Below the pieces are notes generated by a model that saw nothing but the letters and a program-made list of their open reading frames with translations, was not told where the DNA came from and searched no databases. Shown here in pieces: positions 12,001-27,000 of a stretch of DNA of 64,000 nucleotides. The position numbers and the translations under genes were made by a program. The stretch comes from Camelus ferus (lineage: Eukaryota): assembly GCF_009834535.1 (NCBI RefSeq), contig NC_045696.1:1-64000 (forward strand), read 5' to 3'. Within the stretch, counting starts at the first letter, position 1; every line of letters starts with the position of its first letter.

Positions 12001-15000
12001 ATTTCTCAACTGCCAAAATTCTCTGACTTCAAACAACGTGATGGTTTGAATTTCTTTCAAAAACCTTATCCAAAATTGAGAACTGTTATTGTATATATTG
12101 AATAAAAGTACTCATTTAGGAGAGGTCACCCCCCAAGTTGTCGTCTTCCTCAGTATACTTCTGACAGAAATCTTCATAACGGCTGAAGTACATTATCTAC
12201 ATTTGATGATGAACGTACGCTTCTGAATGTGCAAATGGGCTCACTACCATCCTTGAAAGCCAATGTGTCCTCAAAAATGAAGAGCAATGAAAATTGGCCC
12301 ATGTTGTATTCTCCAAATAGCAAAGTTACAGAAGATGAATTTCACCTGAACTAATGCTGAAGAATGTTTCTCTGCACAAAACACTCAGCATTCCTGAGAG
12401 ATTTTGAGTGAGCTGCTGTTAACTCAGCTGGGATGAGGTGTCTTAATGTCACTTTGCCAGATGTACCTACAAAGCATGGAAGGACAGCTCAGGCCAAACA
12501 TGAAAATCCCAAATTTTGCCATCAACTCCCAAAAAGGGACTATACCTCAGGATGTCTGCTCCCGAAATGAAACAAAGGGGAAGCATTGGTTACAAGCAGA
12601 GAAGAATTGCAAGGGAATTGCTAGCAATATTCTTTACTTCGTCTTTTGGATGAATTCTGTGGACATTGCAAGATCTGGAGAAGCTGGTGTACTGAGCCTG
12701 AACTTGTGAAATGGCCTTTCCAAGTACTCACAGGCAGTAACTGAAAGCGTGCTGTGCTCTACCAAAATCTTGGTTCATGACAGCTCACCAGACTACAGAT
12801 TGTTTCCCAAGAATGAAAGGTTCTAAAACCTGTGTAACACAGGGCGACCTATCTAGGATTTAGTCTCACAAGAATCTTTGTCTCGCCATAACTTAATGTC
12901 AGCTAGAATGGTTTTAAAGATGTCTGAAATTGAGGAAAGAAAGTCAGGATTCAGTGGAATCTTATGGAACATGAGACAGGCACATAAGCCTAAGACAAAA
13001 GCCTCACGTATTAAAACAGCCAGAAGAGTGAAAAATTCCCCATGTACTTAGTTCCAAGATGGGAACAGTTTTCCAAGACTGGGCGAAGCTAACACAATGT
13101 GTTTCAAACAGTCAAAGTAATCCATCCAGCTGTGATATTATGACCAATCGAGACATTCGATTGGAGGGGGAAATTGGAGAATTCAAAGTGGGTTTTAATG
13201 CAAGGCTTCATCACAAGCTAGATATAGGATGGGTCCTCCATTGCACCACTTACATGATCACAACAAGGCAAGAGGCACTTTCACACATAGTTTTTTGTCT
13301 AGTGACAAGTACCTAAAAGCTGCATTTCACAGGCCCTCATTTTCAAGAGACATTCTGTCAACAAATTTTCCAGCTTAGCAGGTGACGTTTCTAATGGCAC
13401 ATTAATAAGAGATGAAGGGAATGGGCTCAATGTGAGTGAGTGAGAAAGCCTATCAGAACTTGGATATTGGATGGCTTCCCCAACATCGAAATTCTCTTAT
13501 TCCTACAATGCAGAAGAAGGAAACTTTTTCACATTCATTGTACTCCCAAGATGCGTCACATATGAACATTAGGGTTGATCTTACAGAAATTAGAAGGCGC
13601 GTTCAAACAATCCTCTTTCCACCTTGCTTAGAATGGTTTGTAACAGCTGGGTCTGCTGAGGGTCTGTCAGTGTATCTATGATGAGTTTGGGCCAAGGACC
13701 TTCAGGACAGGAAGAGGATTCTTAGGGAAACCATGGAAATTAAGGGCTCCTTTGAACCTGTGATGTTTTTTCATCAATTACGTTCCATTCCTAGAGTGGA
13801 ATGATTGTCTAAGACTCGGCACAAGAATCTGCGTGAAGAGAGACCTTTTTCCAATTTTTTCACTTCTCTTATCATACTGTTAGGGAGCACTTTCAAGCTG
13901 GGTACAATTTGACATCTCGAGACAAAGTTGAGAGAAATTATTTCACCACAGGTTATAGGTTCCTTTCCAAATCACGGGAACAACTTCTCCCCATGGTAGC
14001 ACCAGGCAGAAATCATTGTTACCCGTTTAATTCCCATAAGGGAACATGTTGTAAGATTCCGTGCATGTATATCAAGGTCACGAACACATTCCGGCAAATG
14101 GCTTGACACAGTGTAACACATGTTTGTTAATAAAGTTCAGAGTTTGAGAAAACCGTGATTCCTTGTGCATTATGGGACCAGGTTTTTTGGAAAACTGAAA
14201 TAAAGCCGATTGTGAAAGTCCTAATTACTCTCTGTTCCAAGGAAGTGATGGGGGGAATTTTCTTCAAACATGAGATCTCCAAAATTCAGAATTGTTACAG
14301 GACATATTGAAGTGAAGCACGAATTATTCAGGAGAGAGTACCAACAAAGCTGTCTTCTTTTGTGCTATTCTTCTTACAGAAAACTTCATGAGAGCTGAAG
14401 TAAATTATCTGAATTCAAAGAATAAGAGACGCCTATGAGAATATGCAGATGGGCTAAATTCCATCCATGTAATTCAATGTGTCCTGAAAAAGGTAGTGCA
14501 GTGAAATATGTCCAAAGTCATATTACTCCAAATAGGAACGTTTCTGAAGGAGAATGTTGCCTATAGACCTGCTAAAAAGTGTTTATTGCACCATTAAATC
14601 AGCTTTCTTAATAGCTTTCTTAAGAGCTGCTTTTGGCTGAGCTGAAATGCACCACTTAATGTCAACTTCCCAGATGGACCTTCACAACATGCAGGTAACA
14701 TCATCCCAAACATGGAAATCCTGGTTTTTATCATCAATTCCCAAAAAGGCATTTTCCCAATCACTTCTGTTCCCCTAAAAACCATTATGAGAATCATTTG
14801 TGTGCAGATGATATGACTACAGATGACTTTTAAAGAGCATTCTTTGCACATATCCTTTGATTCACTCTGTGGAATGTGAAGATCAAGGAGAAGCTGATTT
14901 ATTAAGGAAAAACTTGAAAGAAGCTTCATAGATTATAGACTTACCATTCTCTATAATAGGCAAAACCCTGGAATTCCAATTTCTGGGAACAGGTCAACTT

Positions 15001-18000
15001 AACATCTCCCCAAGTGTATCCCAGATTTAAAAGATTTTAAAATCTAATGGGCACAGAGACTCCTATCTACAATAGGTTTTCACATGAATATTGATCTTGC
15101 TGTCAACAGACGCTAACGAGAAAGCATTCAAATAAAGCTGAAGTGAAGCAAGGAAAGGCAGGTTGCATTGAAATCTTACAGAACATGATGATAGAATCAT
15201 ATGCCAAATGGAGTAACCCCATATTTGAAAAGTGGCAAAAGACTGAAAGCTTCAACAATTGCTTGAACCTAAGGTGGGAAAAGAAGGGCTGTGGGAGATT
15301 AACTAATTTGGAGTTAGTGGCAAAAGTAAGACTGGGTGCATCTGACACGAAGTGTTTTCTCCTGTCCACGAAGTCCTTTCAGCAAGTGGACGTTTGCTCG
15401 ATGACACGTTCTGTGAGTTTAAGATTGATATTACTGTGGGGGTTTTAATGCACGGCCTCAATCACAAGGAAGACATAGGATTTTTTCTCAATGCCTCAAA
15501 TCCGAACAAGGCAGAAGGAAGTTTCCCACACAACCTTTCTTTTATTGACTAAAATGAACAAGATGCATTGCACATACCTCTACATCTAGAGACAATCTTT
15601 CGGCAAAGTTTCCTAGTATGCGGGAAATTGCCTAAATTCAACCGAAGAAGAAATGAAGTGAGCTAACTTGCTGTTAGTGTGTGAGAAAGCCTATCACAGC
15701 TCATAGATATGCTTGCTTCCCAACAAGAGAAAAACACCTTTATCATGACAGAACAGGTGAGGGATATTGTCCACACTCATTGTATTCACAAAATATGTAA
15801 AGTTTCAAAGCTTGGGTTGATGTGACTGAAGTTACAAGACCCATTCTAACAATCTGCTTTGCACTTTCATTTGGATGCTACCAGTAAGCAATGTCAAGTG
15901 TGGGGCTGTGGCTGAACCAAAGAGGATCTTGTGCCCAGGTCATTCAGGGCAGGAACATAGAATATTTTCGGATACCATGGAAATCAGTGCTCATGAAGTG
16001 TCCCACGAATTGGCTGAACTTTCTCCCATTGATTCCTAGGATTTGATGAATATAAAGATTCGGAATGGTAAGCTGGGTAGGAAGAGATCATCTCCGACTT
16101 CTGTTAACGTTGTTGTCATGCTCTCCAGAAATGGTATCAATCTGGGTTCAATTAGACATGTCAAGTTCAGGTTGAGAGAAACACTATCAGACCTGAGATA
16201 TAGGCTTCTTTCCCATTCACAGTAACCCATATTTCCCACAATGGCACAAGGCTGAAATCATCATACTAGTTTCATTTCATGCAGCAAACGTTTTGAAAAG
16301 TCCCGTGCATGTAGCTAAGTGTCGTAGAGACTCTGTTTCAAATGGCTTTCCGCATTCACTCTGTATTTCATAAAGTTAGTTCAACATAAGAGAAAAACTG
16401 TGATTCCATTTCAAATAGGAGAGCTTCTGGAACAATAACACACAGCCATTTCCCGACTACCAAAATTCTCTGACTTGCAAACAACGTGATGATGTGAATT
16501 CCTTTCAAACAGCTTATCCAAAATTGAGAACTGTTATTGCATATATTGAATAAAAGCACTCATTTAGGAGAGCATACCCTCCAAGCTGTCTTCTTCCACA
16601 GTATATTTCCCACAGATATCTTCATAATGGCTGAAATAAATTATCTACGTTGGATGATGAACGTATGATTCTGAATGTGCAAATGGGCCCACTTCCATCC
16701 TTGAAAACCAATGTGTCCCCAAAAATGAAGCACAATGAAAACTGGCCCCGTCATATTCCTCCAAGTAGCGAAGTTACAGAAGATGAATTTCACCTGAACT
16801 AACGCTGAAGACTGATTCTCTGCACAAAATACTCAGCATTCCCTATAGGCTTCGAATGAGCTGCTGTTGACTCAGCTAGGATGAGGTGTCTTAATGTCAC
16901 TTTGCCAGATGTACCTTCAAAACATGGAAGGACAGCTTAGGCCAAACATGAAAATCCCAAATTTTCCCATCAAATCCTAAGAAGGGAGTGGACCTCAGGT
17001 TGACTGTTACCAAAATGAAACACAGGGAAGCATTTGTTTCAAGTGGAAAGAAATGCAATAGGATTGCTAGCATTATACTTTGCTTCTTCTTTTGGATGAA
17101 TTCTGTGGACATTGCAAGATCTGGGGAAGATGGGGTACTGAGGCCGAACTTGTGAAATGGCCTTTCCAAGTACTCACGGGCAGTAATTGAAAGCATGCTG
17201 TGCTCTACCAAAATCTTAATTCACGTCAGCTCTCCTGTTTGCAGGTTGTTTCCCAGGAATGAGAGGTTCTAAAACCTGTGGAACACAGGTCGACCTATCT
17301 AGGCTTTAGTCTCACAAGAATCTTTCTCTCACCGTAACTTCTTGTCAGCTAGAATGCTTTTCAGTATGTCTGAATTTGAGAAAAGAAAGTCAGGATGCAG
17401 TGAAATCTAATGTAATATGAAGACAAGCTTGTAATCCTAAGAGCAAAGCCTCATGTTTTAAAACTGCCAGAAGACCGAAAATTTCCCATGTGTTTAGTTC
17501 CAAGATGGGAACAATTTCCCAAGACTTTGTGAAGCTAACACAATGTGCTTCAAACTGTCAAAGTAGTCCTTCCAGTGTGAAAATATGCTCGATCAAGATA
17601 TTCAGTGGGGGGAAATTGGAGAATTCACATTGGATTTCAATGCATGGCCTCATCAAAGCAAGATGTACGATGGGTCCCAAATTGCACAACTTACATGATC
17701 ACTACAAGGCAGAAGGGGGTTTCACACATACACTTTTTTGTCTAGTGACAAGTACCTAAAAGCTGCATTTCACAGCCCCTCATTTGCAAGAGACATTCTG
17801 TCAACAAATTTTCGAACTTAGCAGGTGACTTTCCTAATGGCATATAAATAGGATATGAAGGGAATGGGCTCAATGTGAGTGTGTGAGAAAGCCTATGAGA
17901 ACTTGGATATTTGATGGCTTCCCCAACACCAAAATTCTCTTATTCCTACAATGCAGAAGAAGGAAATTGTTTCACATTAATTATACTCCAAAGATGCATC

Positions 18001-21000
18001 ACCTATGAACGTTACAGTTATCTAATGTAAATTAGAAGATGTGTTCAAACAACCATCATTCCACCTTGCTTACAATGGCTTGTAACAGCTGGGTCTGCTG
18101 AGGGGCTGTCAGTGTAATTATGATGAGTTCAGGACAAGGACCATCAGGAAAGCACAGAGGCTTCTTCGGGAAACCGTGGAAAATCAGGTCTCCCTTGAAC
18201 CTGCGATAATTTTTCATCAATTCTGTTCCATTCAAACAGTGGAAAGATTGTATAACATTTGGCACAAGAAGCTGCATGTGAGAGAACTTCTCCCAAATTT
18301 ATCACTTCCCTTGGCATGCTCTTCAGGAGCATTTTCAAGCTGGGTCCAATTTGATATATTGAGACAAAGTTGAGAGAAATAATTTCACAACAAGTATATT
18401 GGTTCTTTACAAATCATGGAAACCACTTCTTCCTATGGTGGCACCAGGCAGAAATCATTCTTACCCATTTAATTCCCATAAGGGAACTTGTTGGAAGATT
18501 CTGTGCATGTAGATCAAGGTCACGAACACATTCCTGCAAATGGCTTGCCACAGTGTATCTCACTTTTGTAATTACAGTCCAACATTTGAGTAAACAGTGA
18601 TTTCTGTTGCATTATGGGACATGGTTTTGTGGAAAACTGAAATAGAGCCGTTTCCCGAATGCCTAAATATCCTATGTTGCAAGGAGGTGATTGGGCGAAT
18701 TCTATTCAAACATGAGACCTCCAAAATTCAGAACCGTTAAAGGGCATATTGAAGTGATGCACGAATTATTCAGGAGAGTGTACCAACAAAGCTGTCTTCT
18801 TTTGTGCTATTCTTCTTACAGAAAACTTCATGAGAGCTGAAGTAAATAATCTGAATTCGAAGAAAAAGGGAGTCTTATAAGAATGTGCAGATGGGCTGAC
18901 TTCTGTCCGTGTATTTCAATGTGTCTTCAAAAATCCAATGCAGTGAATACTGAGTAATGTCGTATTACTCAAAATACGGACATTTCTGAAGGAGAATGTT
19001 GCCTATAGATCCACTAAAAAGGGTTTATAGCACCATTAAATCAGCTTTCCTAATAGCTTTCCTAAGAGCTTCTTGTGGCTGAGCTGAAATACACCACTTA
19101 ATGTCACCTTCCCTGATGTACCTTCATAATATGGAGGGAACATTATGCCATACATGGTAATCACGTTTTTTATCATCAATTTCCAATAAGGGATTTTGCC
19201 TAGTCCCTTTTGTCCCCCTAAGGAACCACATGACATACATATTTGTGCAGATGTTATGGCTAAAGATGACTATGTAAAGAGAATCCTTTACACATTTCCT
19301 TAAATTCACTCTGTGGAATGTGAAGATCAAGGATAAGCTGATGTGTTAAAGACAAACTTGTACAGAAACCTCTCAGATTACAGATGGACCGTTCTCTCTA
19401 TTAGGCAAAACCCTGCAATTTCAAATTCTGGGAAAAAGTGAAATTAACATCTCCCCAAGTGTATTCCAGATTTTCACAATTTTAAAATCTGAGGGGCACA
19501 GAGGATCCTATCTATAAGGCATTGTAACACGACTCTTTATATGCCATCAACTATGCAAATGAGAATGATTTCAAAAAATGCTAACGTGGAGGAAGGAAAG
19601 GCCATTTGTAGTGAAATGTTTCAGAACATGGTGAAAGGACGGTGTGCCAAATGGAAAAGCCCCATATTCGAAAAGAGGCAGAGGACTAAAATCTTCCACT
19701 AATGTTTGATCTTTAGGAGGGAAATTAATGTCTGTGGGAGAATAACTATTTTGGAATTAGTGGCAAAATTCAGACTGGGTGCATCTAACATGAAGTGCTG
19801 ACTCCTCTCTATGTAGTCCTTTCAGCAAGTGCACGTTTGCTCGATCAACCTGTTCTGTGAGGTGAACATTGGGATTAAACGGGGTTTGAATGCATGGGCT
19901 CAATCACATGTAAGGCAAAGTGATTTTTCTCAATGCCTCAATATTTGTGATCCAAACAATTCAGAAGAAAATTCCCCACACAATCTTTCCTATAGTAACT
20001 GAAACCAACAAGATGAATTGCACAACACCTAGAGACACTCTGCCACCAATGTTTACAACTTCGTGGTAAATTGACTAAATTCAACTGAAGTAGAGATGAA
20101 GGGTGCTATCTCTCTGTGAATTTGTGAGAAATCTTATCATAGCTCGTATATACGCTTAATACCCAACAACAGCAGTACTCATTTATCATGACAAAACAGG
20201 TGAGGGATACTGTCCTCAAACATTGTATTCCCATCATGTGTAAAGTGTCAAGGTTTGGGTTGATGTGAGCAAAATTACAAGACCCATTCAAATAAATTTT
20301 GCAAATTCATTGGGATGCTTATAATAAACAATGAAAAGTGAAGGGCTGTCGCTAATCCAAAGAGGAGCTGATGCACAGGTACTTAAGGGAAGGAATATAA
20401 AATAACTTCAGATAACGTGGAAATTACTGCTCATGAAATGTCCCGTGTATTTGCTGAAATATTTGGCATTGATTCCCAGGATAAGATGAATACAAAGATT
20501 CAGAAAAATAACCTGGGTAGGAAGAGATCTTCTCCCACATCTCTTAATATTGTTGTCCTGCTCTACGGGAACAGTTTCAAACTGGGTTCAATTTGACATC
20601 TCAAGTTCAGGTTGAGAGAAACATTTTCAGAACCGAGACATAGGCTTCTTTCCCGTTCACTGTACCCATATTTCCCAGAACGGCACAAGACTGTAATCAT
20701 TCTTACCAGTTTCATTTCATGCAGTGAACATGTTGCAAGGTCCTGTGCAAGAATCTAAATGTCGTAGAGACACTCCAACAAATGGATTTCCGCATTCAGT
20801 CTCTCTTTAAATAAGTTAGTTAAACATAAGAGAAAAACTGTGATTCCTTCTGGAATAGGAGCCAAGATCGTGTGGAATATTGACACACAGCCATTTCCTG
20901 CCTGCCAAAGTTCTGTGACTTGCAAACAAAGCACTGATTTGAATTTCCTTCAAAAATGCATTTTCCAAAATTGAGATTTGTGAAAGCATTCATTGAAGAA

Positions 21001-24000
21001 AAGCACTCCTTTAGGAGAGATTACCCCCCAAGCTATCTTCTTTCTTAGTATACTTCCTACAAAAATCTTTGAAATGGGTAATGTAAAATATCAACATTGG
21101 ATGATGAACGTATGCTTCTGAATGTGCAAATGGGCCCACTTCCATCCTTGAAAACCAATGTTTCCCCAATAACTAAGTGCAAAGAAAACTATCCCAAGTC
21201 GTATTCCTCCAAACAGGGAAGTTACAGAATATGAAGTTCACCTGAACTAACGCTGAAGAATGTTCCTCTGCACAAAATGCTCAGCATTCCTGATAGATTT
21301 TGAATGGTCAGCTGTTGACTCAGCTGGGATGAGGTGTCTTAATGTCACTTTGCCAGATGAGCGTTCAAAACATGGAGAGACAACTCAGGCCAAACAGGAA
21401 AATCCCAGATTTTACCATCAAATCCCAAGAAGGGAGTGTACCTCAGGTTGTCTGTTTCTGAAATGAAACACAGGGAAGAATTTGATTCAAGCAGACAAGA
21501 ATTGCAAGAGGATTACTAGCGGTAGTTTTTGCTTCTTCCCTTGGATGCCTTCTGTGGATATGGCAAGAACTGGAGAAGCTGGGGTACTGAGGATGAACTT
21601 GTTAAATGGCCTTTCCAAGTAATCACAGGCAGTAATTAACAGTGTGCTGTGCTCTATCAAAAACTTGGATGATGACAACTCAGCCAGCTGCAGATTTTTT
21701 CCCACGAGTGAAATGTTCTCAAACCTGTGTAACACAGGGCGACCTATCTAGGAGTTAGTCTTACAAGAATGTTTGTCTCGCCATAACTTCATGCCAGCAA
21801 GAAGGCTTTTCAAGATGGCTGAAGTTCAGGAAAGAAACTCAGGATGCAGTGAAATCTTACGGAACAAGAAGAGAGGCTCGTATGCCAAAGACAAAGTCTC
21901 ACGTTTTAAAACTGCCAGAAGACCGAAAAATTCCTCATGTGCGTAGTTCTAAGGAGGGAACAGTTTTCAAGACTGGGTGAAGCTAACACAGTGAGCTTCA
22001 TACTGTACAAGTAGTCCTTCCAGCGTGTGAAAATATGTTCGATCAAGACATTCAGTTGGGGGAACTTGCAGAACTCACAGTGGGTTTTAATGCATGGCCT
22101 CACTCACAAGTTAGAAATAGGATGGGTACTCAATCGCACTACTTACATGATCCCAAAAAGGCAGAAGGAGGTTTCAGACATAAACTGTTTTGTCTACTGA
22201 CAAGCACCTTAAATCTGCATTTCACAGCCCCTCTTCAAGAAACATTTTGTCAACAAATTTTCCAACTTAGAAGGTGCTCTTCCTAATGGAAAATAAATAG
22301 GATATTAAAGGAATGGACTCAAGGTGAGTGTGTGAGAAAGCCTATCAGAAATTGGATATTGGATTGCTTCTCCAACACAAAATTTCTCTTATTCCTACAA
22401 TGCAGAAGAAGGAAATTTTTTCACATTCATTGCACTCCCAAGATGCATCTCTTAAGAACATGAGCGTTGATCTTATAGAAATCAGGAAACCCAATCAAAC
22501 AATCCTCTTTACACTTTCCTTAGAACGGGTTGTAACAGCTGGGTCTGCTCAGGGGATGTCATTGTATCTATGATGATTTTCGGGCAAGGACCTTCAGGAC
22601 AGAAACCCAGGCTACATAGGGAAACAGTGGAAACTCAGGGATCCATTGAACCTGTGATGCTGCTTCATCTATACCGTTTCATTCCTAGAGTGGGAGGATT
22701 GCCTGGGATTCGGCACAAGAACCTGTGTAAAGAGAGATCATCTCTCAATTTCCCACACCTATTGGCATGCTGTTCAGGAACATTTTCAAGCTGGGTTCAG
22801 TTTGAACCCTTGAAACCAACTGGAGAGAAATTACTTCAGAAACGGTATATAGATTTCTTTCCAAGTCATGGAAACCGTTTCTTCCCATGAAGGCATGAGG
22901 CAGAAAACATCCTTACCTGTTTCATTTTGAGAAGGGTACATATTGCAAGATTCCATGCATGTAGAACAAGGCCACAAACAGATTTCTGCAAATGGCTTGC
23001 CACAGTGTATCTCAATTATGTAGAGCAGTTCACCATTTGTGAAAATCCTGAATTGTAGTGCATTAGGGGACATTGTTTTGTGTAACACAATAATAGATCC
23101 GTTTCATAAATGACTAAATACTCTGTCTTGCTAAGAATAGATGGGTCGAATTTATTTCAAACTTGAGTTCTGCAGCTTGTGAATCATTACAGGTTTTATT
23201 GAACCGAAGCACAAACTGTTCGAAAGAGTACCCTCAAAGCTGACTTCTTTTTGCTATTCTTCCTATAGAAAATTTAATGAGAGCTGAAGTAAATTATCTG
23301 AGTTTGAGGAAGTACAGAGTCCTATAACATTGTGCAGATGGGCTGAATCCGGTCCTTGTAAATCAATGTGTCCCCAAAAATGCAGTGCAGTGAACACTGG
23401 CCCACGTCATATTCCTCCAAATAGAGATGTTTCTGAAGAAGTATTTTGCCTTAAAATCCACTGAAGTTGGTTTAATACACCAAAAAATCAGCTTTCCTTA
23501 TTCAATTTCTGTCAGCTGCATTTGGCTGAGCTGAAATGCTCTTCTTAAAATCAACTTCCCAGATGTATCTTCATAACATGCAGGCAACATCATGCCATAC
23601 ATGAAAATCATGGATTTTATCATCAATACCCAATAAGGGATTTTGCCTAGTCCCTTCTCTTCTCCTAAAGAACCACATGACAAACATATTTGTGCAGATG
23701 ATATGGCTAAAGATGACTATTTAAAGAGCACCCTTACAACTTTCTTTAAATCCACTCTGTGGAATGTGAAGATCAAGGAGAAGCTCATGTATTAAGGACA
23801 AACTTGCACAGAAACCTCTCACATTACGGATGGACCGTTCTCTTGAATAGGTAAAAGACTGCACTTTCAACTTCTGGGAAAAAGTCAAACTAACATTTCC
23901 CCAAGAGTATTCCAGATTTTCAAGATTTTAAAATCTGAGAGGCACAGGCTCTCTTATTTAAAATGTATACTCCTACGAATATTTATACGCTGTAAACTAT

Positions 24001-27000
24001 GCAAATGGAAATCATTTCAGAAAGTGATGAAGTGGAGGAAAGAAACGCAGTTTGTAGTGAAATCTGAGAGAATATGGTGAAAGGGCCGTGTGCCAAAAGG
24101 AGAAGACACATATTCAAAAAGTGGCAGAAGACTTAAAATTTCTTCAATTGTTTGATCCTAAGCATGGAAATGATGGTCTGTGGGAGATTTACTACTTTGG
24201 AATTAGTGGCAAATTTAAGACTGGGTGCATCAAACATGAAGTGCTTTCTCCTTTCCACGTTCACCAAGTGGACATTTGCTCGATCGACCTGTTCTATGAA
24301 GTGAACATTGGGATTACCCTGGTGGTTTGAATGCATGGCCTCAATCACATGTAAGACATAGGGTTTACTCTTAATGCCTCAAACCTGGTGATCCCAACAA
24401 GGCAGAAGGAAGTTTCCCAGACAATATTTCCTGTAGTAAATAAAACCTAAAGAAGCATTGCACAGCACCTAGAGACACTGTCAGCAATGTTTCCAACTTC
24501 ACCGTCAATTGCCTAAATTCAACTGAAGTAGAGATGAAGGGAGCTATCTCGCTGTGAGTGTGTGAGAAAGCCTATCACAGCTCGTAGTTATGCTTGTTTC
24601 CCAACAACAAAATACTCGTTTATCATGACAGCGCAGGTGAGGTATATTGTAAACACTCATTTTATTCCCACTATGTGTAAGGTCTGAAGGTTTGGGTTGA
24701 TGTGAGCGAAATTACAAGACCCATTCAAATAATCTTCTTTGCACCTTCATTCAGATGCTTACAGTAAGCAGTGTCATGTGAGGGGCTGTGGCCGATCCAA
24801 AGAGTAGCTGGTGCCCAGGTCGTTTAAGCAGGAACATACAATAATTTCTGATATGGTGGAAATTAATACTCATGAAGTGTCCCGAGTATTTTCTGAACAT
24901 TTTGCCATTGATTCCCAGGTTACGACGAATACAAAGATTCGGCATAATAAGCTGGGTAGGAAGAGATCTTTTCCCAATTCTGCTACCATAGGTTTCCTGC
25001 TCTTCGGGAACACATTCAAACTGGGTTCAACTTGAAATCTGAAGTTCAGGTTGAGAGAAACATTTTTAGAACTGAGTCATAGGCTTATTTCCCTTTCAGA
25101 GTAACCATTTTCCCCAGAACCGCACAAGAATGAAATAATCATTACCCGATTCATTTAATGCAATGAATGTGTTGCAAGGTCCCATGCATGAAGCTAAATA
25201 TCGTAGAGACACCCTTACAAATGGTTTTCCGCATTCATTCTCTCTTTTAATAAGTTAGTACAACATAAGGGAATAACTGATTCCTTCTGGAATAGGTGAC
25301 AGTATATTTTGGAACACTGACACACAGCCGTTTCCTGACTACCAAAGTTCTGTGACTTGCAAATAAACTGTCGGTGTGAATTCCCTTCAAACATGTGTTT
25401 TCCAAAACTGAGATGTGTTAAAGCACTGATTGAAGAAAAGCACTCATTTAGGAGACATTACCCTCCAAGCTGTCTTCTTTCTTATTATACTTCCTACAGA
25501 AATCTTCACAACGGGTTATGTATAAAGTCTACAATGGATGATGAATGTTTGCTTCCAAACGTGCAAATGGGCTTACTTCCATCCTTGAAAACCAAAGTGT
25601 TCCTAAAAACCAAGCGCAATGAAAACTGGCCCATGATGTATTCATCCAAACACGGAAGTTACTGAAGATGATTTTCACCTGATCTAACGCTGAAGAATGT
25701 TTCTCTGCACAAAACAGTCAGCATTCCTGATACATTTTGAATGAGCTGCTGATGACTCAGATGGGATGAGGTGTCTTAATGTCACTTTGCAAGATGTGCC
25801 TTCAAAACATGAAGGGACAGCTCAGGCCAAACATGAAAATCCCAGATTTTGCCTTCAAATCCCAAGAAGGGAGTGTACTTCAGGATGTCTGTTTCTGAAA
25901 TGAAAAACAGGGAAGCATTTGTTTCAAGTGGACAAGAATTGCAAGAGGATTGCTTGTGGCATTCATTGTTTCTTCACTTGGATATCTTCTGTGGACACGG
26001 CAAGTTCTGGAGAAGCTTGGTTACTGAGGCTGAACTTGTGAAATGGCCTTTCCAAGTACTCACAGTCAGTAATTGACAGTGTGCTGTGTTCTACCAAAAT
26101 CGTGAATCATGTCAACTCACTTGGGTGCAGATTGATTCCCAAGAATGAAATGTTCTAAAACCTGTGGAACACAGGTTGACTTATCTAGCAGTTAGTCTCA
26201 CAAGAATGTTTGACTCCCCATAACTTCATGCCAGCTAGAAGGCTTTTCAAGATGGCTGAATTTGAGGAAAGAAAGTCAGGAAGCAGTGAAATCTTACGGA
26301 ATATGAAGAAAGGCTCATATGCCAAAGACAAATTATTCACGTTTAAAACTGCCAGAAGACAGAAATATTCCCCTTGTGCTTAGTTCCAAAATGGGAATAG
26401 TTTTCCAAGACTGGGTGAAGCTAACACAGTGAGCTTCATTCTGTCCAAGTATTCCTTCCAGCGTGTGAAAATATGGTCGATTGAGACATTCAGTTGGGAG
26501 AACTTGCCAATTTCATAGTGGGATTTAATGCATGGCCTCACTCATGACCTAGAGATAGGACGGGACCTCAATCACACTACTTACATGATCCCAACAAGGC
26601 AGAAGGAGGTTTCACACATACACTTTTTTGTCTAGTGACAAGCACCTAAAAGATGCATTTCATAGCCCCTCATTTTCAAGAGACATTCTGTCAACAAATT
26701 TTGCATCTTAGTAGGTGATGAACCTAATTTCACATAAATAGGAGATGAAAGGAATGGACTCAATGTGAGTGTGTGAGAAATCCTATCAGAACTTGGATAT
26801 TAGTTGGCTTCCCCAACACCAAATTTCTCTTATTCCTACAATGCCAAAGAAGGAATTTTTTTTCACATTCATTTTATTCCCTAGTTGCTTCACTTATGAA
26901 AGTTAGGGTTGATCTTATAGAAATTAGAATACCCTTTCAAACAATCCTCTTTCTACCTTGCTTAGAATGGTTTGTAGCACCTTGGTCTGCTGGGGAGCTG